In this document: positions 9,587-18,069 of the stretch, piece by piece
Numbering within the stretch: position 1 is the stretch's first letter
Layout of the letters: every line of letters starts with the position of its first letter
Assembly: GCA_049423385.1 (NCBI GenBank)
Contig: JBMSQQ010000036.1
Location: 1-31,564, forward strand
DNA from: Silvanigrellaceae bacterium
Lineage (GTDB): Bacteria; Bdellovibrionota_B; Oligoflexia; Silvanigrellales; Silvanigrellaceae
Length of the DNA stretch: 31,564 nucleotides
Direction: 5' to 3'
Program-made: the position numbers and the translations under genes
The notes under the pieces: generated by a model
Databases searched by the model: none
What the model saw: the letters and a program-made list of their open reading frames with translations, nothing else
Told to the model about the DNA's origin: nothing

Positions 9587-10308
9587 GGTCTTGTTCCGTC
9601 CTGTTCCTGACCTTTGTTGCAAATGCCTCTTTCAATCAGTCTGTTTTTCGAAAGGGGAAACGCTTTCGTCATCATGAAGCAAATCTTGCCTCGGCTGCGT
9701 CCTGGACGCTGGAATGGATCCACTCCCATTTTCAGCAATGCAATTGTTTCTTTCAGCCAACTGACATTTGGATAATGCAATTGAACCCGTTCATAGTCTG
9801 ACGCGGCTTGCTTGAGATCTCCTTTGAAGATGTGGGTCAGGTAAGCGATGGAAAGAGCGAGGTCGGCCTCGAGCCTGATGTCTTTTGCACCCAGTCTGGC
9901 AATTTCGATGGCGCGATTGATGTCGCTCAGTTCAAACGCCATGACGCTTGCCGGAAAGAGGAACAGCTCGCGCATGCCGAGTGTCTGATTGGCGAGGTCC
10001 GGAAGAACTGAAAGAGTGTCTTCAAATTTTGCAAGCTGAACCGTTCTTGTATGAATGTCGATGTGTTTTGCATCAAGTGTCGTCCATGTGTTGACCGTCT
10101 CTGCCAGTCCCTGGATGGCAACCACCAGCCATGCAAATTCAAGGTGTCCATTTGCAACAACAGCCTGGATGGGGAATTTCTGGAACGGTCCCGCGGTGCG
10201 CGGCTGAACGGGTTGATTTCTGCCAATGTTCAATTGAACAAACATAAATGCGACACCCAACAGGATCAGGAGTCTGGGATTGAGCAAATGTGTTTTCACG
10301 TTGAGCAT
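9583..10308 (-). CDS. Membrane-anchored TPR-like protein, PilG-like
   Basis: N-terminal TM helix; WLVVAIQ...TTLDA...RAIEIARLG...IAYLTHIFKGDLKQAASDYE...PNVSWL matches my recollection of the PilG pattern; precedes an ABC ATPase and permease. Start uncertain (10308 or 10341). Confidence 0.55.
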   Translation of the reverse strand: MLNVKTHLLNPRLLILLGVAFMFVQLNIGRNQPVQPRTAGPFQKFPIQAVVANGHLEFAWLVVAIQGLAETVNTWTTLDAKHIDIHTRTVQLAKFEDTLSVLPDLANQTLGMRELFLFPASVMAFELSDINRAIEIARLGAKDIRLEADLALSIAYLTHIFKGDLKQAASDYERVQLHYPNVSWLKETIALLKMGVDPFQRPGRSRGKICFMMTKAFPLSKNRLIERGICNKGQEQDGTRP

Positions 10309-10330
10309 CAGATTAAATCCCAAAACCGGG

Positions 10331-10627
10331 TCAGACTCCAATCATGAATTTCAGCCGATTCAATAGCATCATCAAAAGCTGCACAATGATGAGCAGCAAC
10401 AAAGGGGCGAAGTCGATATAGGCTCCGCCACTGTAAACCCTCAATTTCGGGAACTTTCGGCTCAACGCGTTTGCGGGGGGATCCGTGAGCGGAAAAACCA
10501 TGCGTCCAATGATGGATGTTTCATCTGCTCGAGCGAGTCTCAGGATTGCTGCGGCAATCAAAAGAAACGAATACAGTGAGAGCAGGTAGTGGACTGCATC
10601 GAATATAAAGCCCAGCAATTGGATCAT
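10331..10627 (-). CDS. yggT: YggT family membrane protein
   Basis: About 98 aa; TM helix, LTDP, IDFAPLLLL; GGGAGG upstream of ATG 10627. Confidence 0.85.
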   Translation of the reverse strand: MIQLLGFIFDAVHYLLSLYSFLLIAAAILRLARADETSIIGRMVFPLTDPPANALSRKFPKLRVYSGGAYIDFAPLLLLIIVQLLMMLLNRLKFMIGV

Positions 10628-10726
10628 CGAAAGAGCCTCCCAGACTTGCGCTTTCATTAGCTTACAGCACTCAAGACACAAGAATTGCTGACTTAGTTTT
10701 AATTCGTCAACAGCCTGACAGCGTGC

Positions 10727-10753
10727 TCAAAGTGGGCAAAATTTTTCCGACAT
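10727..10753 (+). promoter_or_regulatory. Putative sigma28 promoter for the cheV operon
   Basis: TCAA-N15-TCCGACAT, 40 nt upstream of the cheV GTG; cheV is sigma28-dependent in other bacteria. Confidence 0.45.
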
Positions 10754-10793
10754 CTCAACGAGTGATTGGGATCTTTCCTGGAGCGGAGGCTTT

Positions 10794-11825
10794 GTGTCGG
10801 ATTTGAACATACCCGGTCAAGTTCCGGTGGGAAGCAATCTATTTGAAATGATCGAGTTCACCCTGACCCGGCGCCAACCGCAGAGTCCTCTTTTGGACAA
10901 TGCGGATTTGGATGCGCCAGGAATGTTGTTGGAGGAGCCAACACTTTTTGGTGTCAATGTGGCGAAGGTTCGTGAGGTAATTCGCTTGCCTACGCTCGAG
11001 CCTGCTTTGGGACGCAGACCCGAAGTCCTGGGAGTTTTTCAACTCAGGGGTGTTCCGGTTCCGGCGATTCATTTGGCTCGTGCACTTGGTTTCAGCAATG
11101 AGCCGGTTTCAAGTGCTGCTCAGATACTCATCACAGAGTTTTCTGGCCGCCTGACTGGCTTCGTGGTTGCATCCGCGAAGCGGATAAGGCGTGTGAGCTG
11201 GTCCGAAGTGATTCCGCCGCAAAAGGAATTGTTGGGGGCAATCACCGGCATGATGCTGGATGAGAAAAAGCGATTCGTTTTTATTCTTGATTTTGAAAAA
11301 GTGTTGGCCGAGGTGGAAGATTCCCTGAATGATTCAACACCGATGAGAAGTCGGGATGAGATGATTCTTTCATCCGTTCGAAGCCGTGCTCCGGCTGGTC
11401 TCGGACGAATTCAAGACAGGCTTCGACCTGTTGTCGTGGTTGTTGATGATTCATCGACGGCGCGCAAGTCCCTTGTGGAAGTGATTACCGGCTTTGATTG
11501 CACTGTGCTTGAGTGTGTCGATGGCCAGCAGGCATGGGAAGAGTGCCTCAGGTTGCAGGGCCAGTCCTTGTCATTCATGGTGATATCCGACATTGAAATG
11601 CCACGGCTTGATGGTTATTCCTTTGCACGCAAGCTCAAATCTGATCCACGTTTTGCAGGCGTTCCCTTTTTGCTCCATTCCAGCTTGTCTGCCGGAGTGA
11701 ACCGCGAGAGGGCAATTGCGTCCGGAGCCGACGCATTTATCCCGAAATTCAGCAAAAACGATATCATCACCGCTGTTGAGACCTGTCTCGCTGCAATAAT
11801 TGACAAGGAGAAAGAAGCATCATGA
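10794..11825 (+). CDS. cheV: Chemotaxis protein CheV (CheW + receiver domain)
   Basis: GSNLFEMIEF, FGVNVAKVREVI, GVFQLRG, ILDFEKV; receiver VVDDS, ISDIEMPRLDG, HSSLS, IPKF; GGAGG RBS. Confidence 0.93.
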   Translation: MSDLNIPGQVPVGSNLFEMIEFTLTRRQPQSPLLDNADLDAPGMLLEEPTLFGVNVAKVREVIRLPTLEPALGRRPEVLGVFQLRGVPVPAIHLARALGFSNEPVSSAAQILITEFSGRLTGFVVASAKRIRRVSWSEVIPPQKELLGAITGMMLDEKKRFVFILDFEKVLAEVEDSLNDSTPMRSRDEMILSSVRSRAPAGLGRIQDRLRPVVVVVDDSSTARKSLVEVITGFDCTVLECVDGQQAWEECLRLQGQSLSFMVISDIEMPRLDGYSFARKLKSDPRFAGVPFLLHSSLSAGVNRERAIASGADAFIPKFSKNDIITAVETCLAAIIDKEKEAS

Positions 11826-12808
11826 ATCCTGTTGTTTTATTGCTGAAACCTGGCGAGATTCTGTTCAAGGAAGGCGACGCATGCAACGGCGTGTATATCG
11901 TGAAACAGGGAGACCTTGAGGTTTTTCGTGAGAAGGACGGCACCTCAATTGTCCTTGCAACTATGCATCCAGGCGACGTGATTGGAACTGCGACTATTTT
12001 TTCGCGCGAAAGCAGAACAGCCTGTGCAAGGGCGCACACCGCTGCACAGGTTGTTCACGTCTGTCTGGACACCGTTGAAGGCTCGTTCAAAAATTTACCT
12101 ATTTGGGTTCAGGCAGTGCTCAAGGATTCGGTGGCGCGGTTGAAGTCATCAAACGATCAGTTGCTCGAGGCCAAGCTTCAGGAACGAAAGCTTCAACAAA
12201 AAGCCGGCACCAAATATCATTTTGCATCGCAGTTTTCTGCTTTCCTTGGATTTGCCATTCGTTCGGGTCTTGTGAAGGATGAGGGAATCGAGCTTTTTCC
12301 GCTCAAGGGAGTCGTTGAGCGTTGTGAGTCGATTCTGCAAAAAAGATCAGATTATCTGGAGAAAATCCTCGATGCATTCGTGAAGGGATCACTCGTCAAG
12401 ATTCAGCCGGACAAGAAGTGGGGACGTTCGATCTATTCGCCAAATGCCGCGTTGATGGAGGACTTTGGCAACTTCGTTCTGCAATGTGCAAAAACCGAAG
12501 GTGCCGGCTTCGTTCCGACGAAGCATCAGTTGTTGATGTCCTCACTCGTTCGTTTGGCGAAAAAACCCGATTTCAAGGAATACTACACAAAGGCAGAGTT
12601 CATTGAGATGTTGAGCAAAGAATCCGGGAAGTCGATCACAAACGAGATTTTGGAAGAATTTGTAAAGTTGCGTCTGGTGGCATCGGCCGCAGGTGCCGAC
12701 AAATTGTCCTGGTCAGCCGTTCAAATCCAAAAGCGACTCATTTTTGAAAGCACTGTTCGTTTTGTGAAGGACGTGCGTGACGAAGAGTCTGAAAACAAGG
12801 CTGCGTGA
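11822..12808 (+). CDS. Cyclic-nucleotide-binding (Crp-like) domain protein with coiled coil and uncharacterised, possibly winged-helix, C-terminus
   Basis: GEILFKEGD...YIVKQGDLEV...PGDVIG...RTACARA; ATGA overlap with cheV. Confidence 0.85.
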   Translation: MNPVVLLLKPGEILFKEGDACNGVYIVKQGDLEVFREKDGTSIVLATMHPGDVIGTATIFSRESRTACARAHTAAQVVHVCLDTVEGSFKNLPIWVQAVLKDSVARLKSSNDQLLEAKLQERKLQQKAGTKYHFASQFSAFLGFAIRSGLVKDEGIELFPLKGVVERCESILQKRSDYLEKILDAFVKGSLVKIQPDKKWGRSIYSPNAALMEDFGNFVLQCAKTEGAGFVPTKHQLLMSSLVRLAKKPDFKEYYTKAEFIEMLSKESGKSITNEILEEFVKLRLVASAAGADKLSWSAVQIQKRLIFESTVRFVKDVRDEESENKAA

Positions 12809-12818
12809 GCGCAAATTC

Positions 12819-14279
12819 TTATTGAGGCTCGGCTGAGCCGAAATATTTGGTCCAAAGTTCAGCCAGGCTTCCTGCAGAGTATTGTTCCTGCAATATATCT
12901 GGCAGAGGTCTTCTCTGGACACAAACTCCAGAAAGAATCCTTTGCCACGTCTGAATCACTCCTCCACCGTCTTTCGACATGGCTGTCACCAGCAGGTGTG
13001 AACGCCAATAGAGTCGTGAGACCATTTTTGGCGAAGCCTGATTGAACGGCAAATCCATTTCAGGTTCATAGGTCTGCAGAGCCTTTCTACCGCTGCGAAA
13101 AATGTCTGCCTGACTTTGTGCAGCACTTCTGCCCTCAAAAACCTGCGCGAGTCCTTCACCAATCCAGGACGGCAAGATATCACCACAGAATGCATACATG
13201 TATGCATGTGTTGTTTCGTGGCGGGCGAGATTCTCGAGAACTTCATTGGCGAGCAATCCACCCCGTGCAGAGCGTCCAACGGGAATACGAATATATCCAT
13301 CGAAGACTGCGGCGGCCCACGGGGGGGCATCCGTCATTCCCCTGAAGTCGTTTGTCGGCAAAAGCCAGGCTCGCAATCGGGCGTGCGAAGGAAGCGGACC
13401 CAAAATCTGAACCAGTCCCGACTGCACGGATTCTATGGCACGCATCACAGCCTCGGCACTGGAGCGCAATTCAGGCTGTGGGAAGCTCACATCAATTCCT
13501 TGTCGGCTCAGCACATCCTGGGTTTTCAGGAAATTTCTTTTTTGCTCCAGTCGCCTTCGTCTCAATTCGATGAATGTGGTCAATTCAGGATCGATTTGCT
13601 GTTGTGCTGAAGCAGCCTTTTGAGCAATGGCTTCGCCCATTCGATTGAGCATGTCGTCCGCGCGTTCGATTTCGTCCTGACTGAGGGCTAGATCAATAAG
13701 AATCTTGTAATTCTCGGGTTCATTTCCAGACTTCGACAAGTCTTCGAGCAGCTCGCGCGCTGTTTCAATTTGCCCTTGCCGCAATTTCAGTGCCGCCAGC
13801 GCCTTGCGTGCATCGGGATTTCCGAGTTTGGCCGACTCCTCAAATGCGGCCTCTGCATCTGCAAGTTCTTTCTTCTGCAACCGGAAGAATCCCAACGCCA
13901 GCAAAGACGTCGCAAGATTTTTGCGGTTGAGTTCATCGTTTGGACGAAGTTTGACGATGCCGCGCAACTGGGTGACTGCGCCTTCATAATTGCCCATCTG
14001 GAAATGCGCATAGGCATCGAAATTGGAAACGCGGTTTTCATTCTTTTGAACGGGCAGATTTGGCGCGGTCGGGTTGCTTTTATCCTGGCTGACAGTCGAA
14101 ATCGCCTGATTTTGCTTTGGCTCTTTCGTGTCAGTGTTTTTTTCAGGGTTGGAAGGACCCGCAGTGCTCTCCTGCTCGGCAAGGTTGGCTTCTGTCGCCA
14201 GTGTACGACCAAGACGCATCACATAGAGGCCGATTGCGGTTCCACCAAGAAAAACCAGGAACCCAATCTTTAAACGCAT
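12819..14279 (-). CDS. Membrane-anchored TPR + peptidase MA (gluzincin) protein
   Basis: N-terminal TM/signal, low-complexity linker, TPR-like repeats (GNYEGAV, LADAEAAFEE, GQIETARELLE), PPWAAAVFDG, HETTH, PSWIGEGLAQ. Confidence 0.85.
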   Translation of the reverse strand: MRLKIGFLVFLGGTAIGLYVMRLGRTLATEANLAEQESTAGPSNPEKNTDTKEPKQNQAISTVSQDKSNPTAPNLPVQKNENRVSNFDAYAHFQMGNYEGAVTQLRGIVKLRPNDELNRKNLATSLLALGFFRLQKKELADAEAAFEESAKLGNPDARKALAALKLRQGQIETARELLEDLSKSGNEPENYKILIDLALSQDEIERADDMLNRMGEAIAQKAASAQQQIDPELTTFIELRRRRLEQKRNFLKTQDVLSRQGIDVSFPQPELRSSAEAVMRAIESVQSGLVQILGPLPSHARLRAWLLPTNDFRGMTDAPPWAAAVFDGYIRIPVGRSARGGLLANEVLENLARHETTHAYMYAFCGDILPSWIGEGLAQVFEGRSAAQSQADIFRSGRKALQTYEPEMDLPFNQASPKMVSRLYWRSHLLVTAMSKDGGGVIQTWQRILSGVCVQRRPLPDILQEQYSAGSLAELWTKYFGSAEPQ

Positions 14280-14292
14280 GGCGCAGCTTCCT

Positions 14293-15696
14293 CTATGCAG
14301 GGGTCAGCAACGTCACGACCTCGTAATGACGGCTTCCTGGGAACATATCGTACAACTCAAACACCTTTGCTTGTAGTCCAAGTTGTTCCAATTGACGCAG
14401 GTCGCGCAACAGGGTTTCCGGATTGCAGCTCATGTAAGCGATCGCTCTGGGTTTGAGGTCGGCCATTGCCTTGAGCACCTCGGGTTGGCAGCCCCGTCGA
14501 GACGGGTTGACGGAAATAATGTCTGCCCGGGGCATTGAGCCTTTATTCATGAGCTCGGGAAGGACAACTTCAGCTCTTCCGGCGCGAAAATCGATATCCT
14601 GCAGAGAATTTGTCAAAGCGTTTTCATGAGCGTCGGCAATGCTGGATGGTGTTTCCTCGATGGCTGTCACGCGGGCGCCGGCACGCGACATCAACAAGGC
14701 CAATGAGCCCACGCCGCAATAAAGGTCGAGAGCCTTTTCACCGGTCTTTGGTTCCAGCAACTCTATCATTCGAAAATACGCTTGTTCTGCAACGGTTGGA
14801 TTGACCTGGAAGAAGCTGCTTGCCGAAATTCTCAGGTTCAGGTTGGCAATCGAATCGCGCAAACAGTCCTGTCCTGCGAGGAGAGTGGTTTGTCCTGCGA
14901 GGGTCGCGTCCGCGTTGTCGCTGACGTCGGGATCGTTGGTCGCCTGGAAGATGGCGTTTCCGGACGTGTTGTTGACGTGCATCAACACGCCCGAGATAAA
15001 ATCAAATTTTTGCATCAGGTTTCGTGCAAAGGGTCTCAATTTGACCTTGTCATCGGTGCTTACAACAAAGGTCACCAAGGTGTCCTTCGAGCGGTGGGCC
15101 GTGCGGACCACAATGTAGCGAAGCAGGCCTTGATGACTTCTTTCATTGTATATGGACATGTTTTGATCACGTATGGCTGTCCGCAGAAAGCTGATGATCT
15201 TGTTCAGTCGCTGGTTTTGTATCGGACAGTCGCCAACATCGATGACGTGATGGGTGCCTGGTTTGTATAATCCAACTGAAATAAACCTGCGGTCGGGCGG
15301 GGAGAGTTTCTCCGATATTGCGAGTTTTGCGGTGTTCCGATAGCCAAGCCTGTTTGGAGACTCGAGGCAGGCGCTGACGGGAGCTTGTGATTTGAGTCCA
15401 GCCTGCGCAAGTCGCTTTTTGAAGTCAGTTGTTTTGAATGTGACCTGGTCGCGGTAGTCCATGTCCAACATCGGGCATGACTGGCACTGATCGAGGACTT
15501 TGCAAACAGTCTCATGGAAAACCTTCTGAGGTTCGCCTTCTCGATTGAGCATCATTCGCCTTGTCACGCCGCTGCGAACTCCGCGCGGAATAGGCGCATC
15601 CAATTCCTTTGCAGGTGGTCGCAAATTGGAGGGGCGCCCGGGGCGGTTCGAAGTCGACGTGGGTGCCCTGCGTAGGCCTTTTTTCTCAGTGCTCAT
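14293..15696 (-). CDS. rlmD: 23S rRNA m5U methyltransferase, RlmD/RlmC (TrmA) family
   Basis: 4Fe-4S cysteines C-x5-CQSC...CPIQ, YRN, FFQVNP, DLYCGVG, catalytic YMSCNP, DMFP..HYE. Start ATG 15696 (AAGGA RBS) or TTG 15714. Confidence 0.9.
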   Translation of the reverse strand: MSTEKKGLRRAPTSTSNRPGRPSNLRPPAKELDAPIPRGVRSGVTRRMMLNREGEPQKVFHETVCKVLDQCQSCPMLDMDYRDQVTFKTTDFKKRLAQAGLKSQAPVSACLESPNRLGYRNTAKLAISEKLSPPDRRFISVGLYKPGTHHVIDVGDCPIQNQRLNKIISFLRTAIRDQNMSIYNERSHQGLLRYIVVRTAHRSKDTLVTFVVSTDDKVKLRPFARNLMQKFDFISGVLMHVNNTSGNAIFQATNDPDVSDNADATLAGQTTLLAGQDCLRDSIANLNLRISASSFFQVNPTVAEQAYFRMIELLEPKTGEKALDLYCGVGSLALLMSRAGARVTAIEETPSSIADAHENALTNSLQDIDFRAGRAEVVLPELMNKGSMPRADIISVNPSRRGCQPEVLKAMADLKPRAIAYMSCNPETLLRDLRQLEQLGLQAKVFELYDMFPGSRHYEVVTLLTPA

Positions 15697-15726
15697 GTTT
15701 TTTCCTTGTTCCAACAGGCCTTTGCT

Positions 15727-16989
15727 CTAGCGATTCCATTTCAACTTTTCAATGGCAGAGGTGGGGCTTTGCTCTTGAATTCGAGAACCCGCGCGATGCC
15801 GGAAATAACGCACTTCGAACTGTTTCACGAGCGGATTCCAGGTTTGCACCAGTTCCTTCCAGCGTACGAATTCAATGGGTGAACTCGCTGATTTGCTGGG
15901 CTTGTGAAGGTAAAGGTCGCCTGCAATATGCACCGCAGCGTGCTTGAATGAGGTGTATGCTGAACGGTCATTTCCGTCAATGATTGCAATAACATCACCA
16001 AACTTGAGGCCTTGGCCGACGGTTTGGGGAGTCAGCTCATCGTACGCCAGCCAGAGTGCATGACTGAACTCGTCGTGGTTGATGAGAGCCAGGCTGTGAC
16101 CTGCTTCCCGAATCATGTTGATATTCTTTGCCTGGATAATGCTTGGATCGGCAAATTGAAGGGCAGTGGCGAAACAATTTCGCCCACGGAAGGGAGAGTA
16201 TCGTCCCAACAGGTTTTTCATGTGCTCGGGCAAAAGGGCAGCGAACGGAATCTGCAAAACACCTGAGTTGTTTTCATACCACTGTTCAGCCTTGCCTTTT
16301 ACTTCGGCATATCGTGCGCCAAAATGCGACATCCAGCGTTCCCTTGTTGAGGAGTCGCTTCTTTTGAGGGATTGAATTTCGTCAACAGGCAAGAAAGGTT
16401 CAAGACTCGGGTATGCCAATGCATGGGAGAGTTTATCGAGATCAATCCAACCGAGGTCGGTTGTGGAGAGGGTCAACAGGGCGACCGCGGGTTTTCGGCT
16501 CGGATGATCCTGCGCATCTGAAGCTTTCTTTTCAATTCGTGCTTCAAGATTCTTCATGACCGCAAAATTGTATTTTTGTGAATTTGTCAGCTTTCGAAAA
16601 GCATTGTCATTTGCAAGTTGAGCCAGAAGAGGGCGCAGTTCGGTTGTTTTGAGACGCAACACGATGGGCTCGGCAATCTCGGGCTTTTTCTTTTCGGCCT
16701 CAATTCTCGCCTTGAGTGTTTTGGTGCTCGGACGAATGGTTTTTGGCTCGAGGTAAATCTCCTTGAGCCAACGTGAGGGGGGTGGCGTGAGATCTGCTGC
16801 GCGATCTTCAACAACAAGATTTGAGTTGTTTGGTGATTGGGCGAGTGCCTTGTTGCCTTGAAAAATGATAATCGAAGCCAGCAACAAACAATTCACCAGG
16901 AACAATCGCACCAGAGAGGCTCGATCGCCTCCAGAGGCATTGTTCAAAGCAATTTTTGGATTGCTCCTGGTCTTCACGTGTTTCCCCAA
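15727..16989 (-). CDS. Exported hypothetical protein with a probable C-terminal papain/NlpC-P60-like Cys-His domain
   Basis: Signal peptide ending ALA-Q; GRNCFATAL, LKFGDVI, HAAVHI, YLHKPS; co-oriented and tightly spaced with its neighbours. Confidence 0.7.
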   Translation of the reverse strand: MGKHVKTRSNPKIALNNASGGDRASLVRLFLVNCLLLASIIIFQGNKALAQSPNNSNLVVEDRAADLTPPPSRWLKEIYLEPKTIRPSTKTLKARIEAEKKKPEIAEPIVLRLKTTELRPLLAQLANDNAFRKLTNSQKYNFAVMKNLEARIEKKASDAQDHPSRKPAVALLTLSTTDLGWIDLDKLSHALAYPSLEPFLPVDEIQSLKRSDSSTRERWMSHFGARYAEVKGKAEQWYENNSGVLQIPFAALLPEHMKNLLGRYSPFRGRNCFATALQFADPSIIQAKNINMIREAGHSLALINHDEFSHALWLAYDELTPQTVGQGLKFGDVIAIIDGNDRSAYTSFKHAAVHIAGDLYLHKPSKSASSPIEFVRWKELVQTWNPLVKQFEVRYFRHRAGSRIQEQSPTSAIEKLKWNR

Positions 16990-17081
16990 CCGACTCTCCC
17001 AAGGCGCGGCAACAACACCGACTCCTGGTAGTCACGGGTCTCTTCGGAATCACGAGAGGAAATGACCGGGTAAAAATTACA

Positions 17082-17969
17082 TCATGCGTTCGGAGAAGTG
17101 TCAGACTGAACAAGGGACCATGCTTCTGCAAGATATCTGTCTGCCTTGTTTTCGCGAGGGCCAATCTCGGGCGATACGACGCCTTTAATCTCGAGGAGTG
17201 TTTTGGAAACGTCGTAAACAGCTTCCTGGTATGAGGACAACTTCAGATCCGAGAGTTCACGCATCTGTCGCATCATGCGGTACATGTGGCGCGCGGTCAG
17301 CGCCCGGTCTTTCCAACGTTCAAAAGTTTTGGGATCGATCTTTTGAACTCCGGTTTGCGTTTCTTCCGGCAACCGGGCCTTGAGTTCCCTGATTTGATTC
17401 TGCAAGGAATCAAGCAGGGCTTTTTGTTTGTCGGAAGAACTCCGTTCGCTTTTCAGTTTTGCCGTTGCAACTGCATACTCGGATTGAAGGCTTCTGTGAT
17501 TTTCCTTCAAACTGTTGAGTTCATGCTCAAGTGCCTGTGCGCGCTTTTTGTCGGCGGAATTTGCCTCGAGATCTTTTGCACGTTCGATGAGTGCTTGATT
17601 TTCAGCGCGCAGTTTGAACGTTTCCACATCTGCCCGGCCTCCGGCTTCTTTGTTCAAAACCTCAAGCTGACGGATGTCCTGTTTAAGATGTCGGACCTCA
17701 TCTTTAAGGTGAGCGTTGGCCCTTCTCAATTCAACCAATTCTTCTGCATGTTTGTTTTTTTCTGGTTGAGTCTTTGCCTGCTCAGGCTTTTTGCGGGTTT
17801 CCTGCGCGGAAACAGTGACGGCTGTACGCCGGGACTGTTCGGCCAGAAGCTTGTCTTCGAGTTCGCGGTTTTTTTCCTGCAGCTTGAGTCTGCTGAAAAA
17901 CAGGAACAGGGTGATTGCGGATGTGAGGGCTGCCAAGCCCAGGGCTGCGTATATCAAAGTCATTTCCAT
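17082..17969 (-). CDS. Membrane-anchored coiled-coil hypothetical protein
   Basis: N-terminal TM helix followed by long E/K/L/Q heptad-rich stretch; GAGGAG RBS before ATG 17969. Confidence 0.8.
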   Translation of the reverse strand: MEMTLIYAALGLAALTSAITLFLFFSRLKLQEKNRELEDKLLAEQSRRTAVTVSAQETRKKPEQAKTQPEKNKHAEELVELRRANAHLKDEVRHLKQDIRQLEVLNKEAGGRADVETFKLRAENQALIERAKDLEANSADKKRAQALEHELNSLKENHRSLQSEYAVATAKLKSERSSSDKQKALLDSLQNQIRELKARLPEETQTGVQKIDPKTFERWKDRALTARHMYRMMRQMRELSDLKLSSYQEAVYDVSKTLLEIKGVVSPEIGPRENKADRYLAEAWSLVQSDTSPNA

Positions 17970-18069
17970 GAAAAACTCCTCGAGTTCCTGAACCTGCCCC
18001 ACGCGCAGGTGAAAGCCTGCCGAGCGCCAGCAACCGTCCTATTGTTCATGGGAAGTGTTTATACCAATT

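Noticed and set aside
16990..17081. Imperfect hairpin in the intergenic gap
   Set aside because: Short, interrupted stems with no U-tract and no match to an RNA family I recognise.
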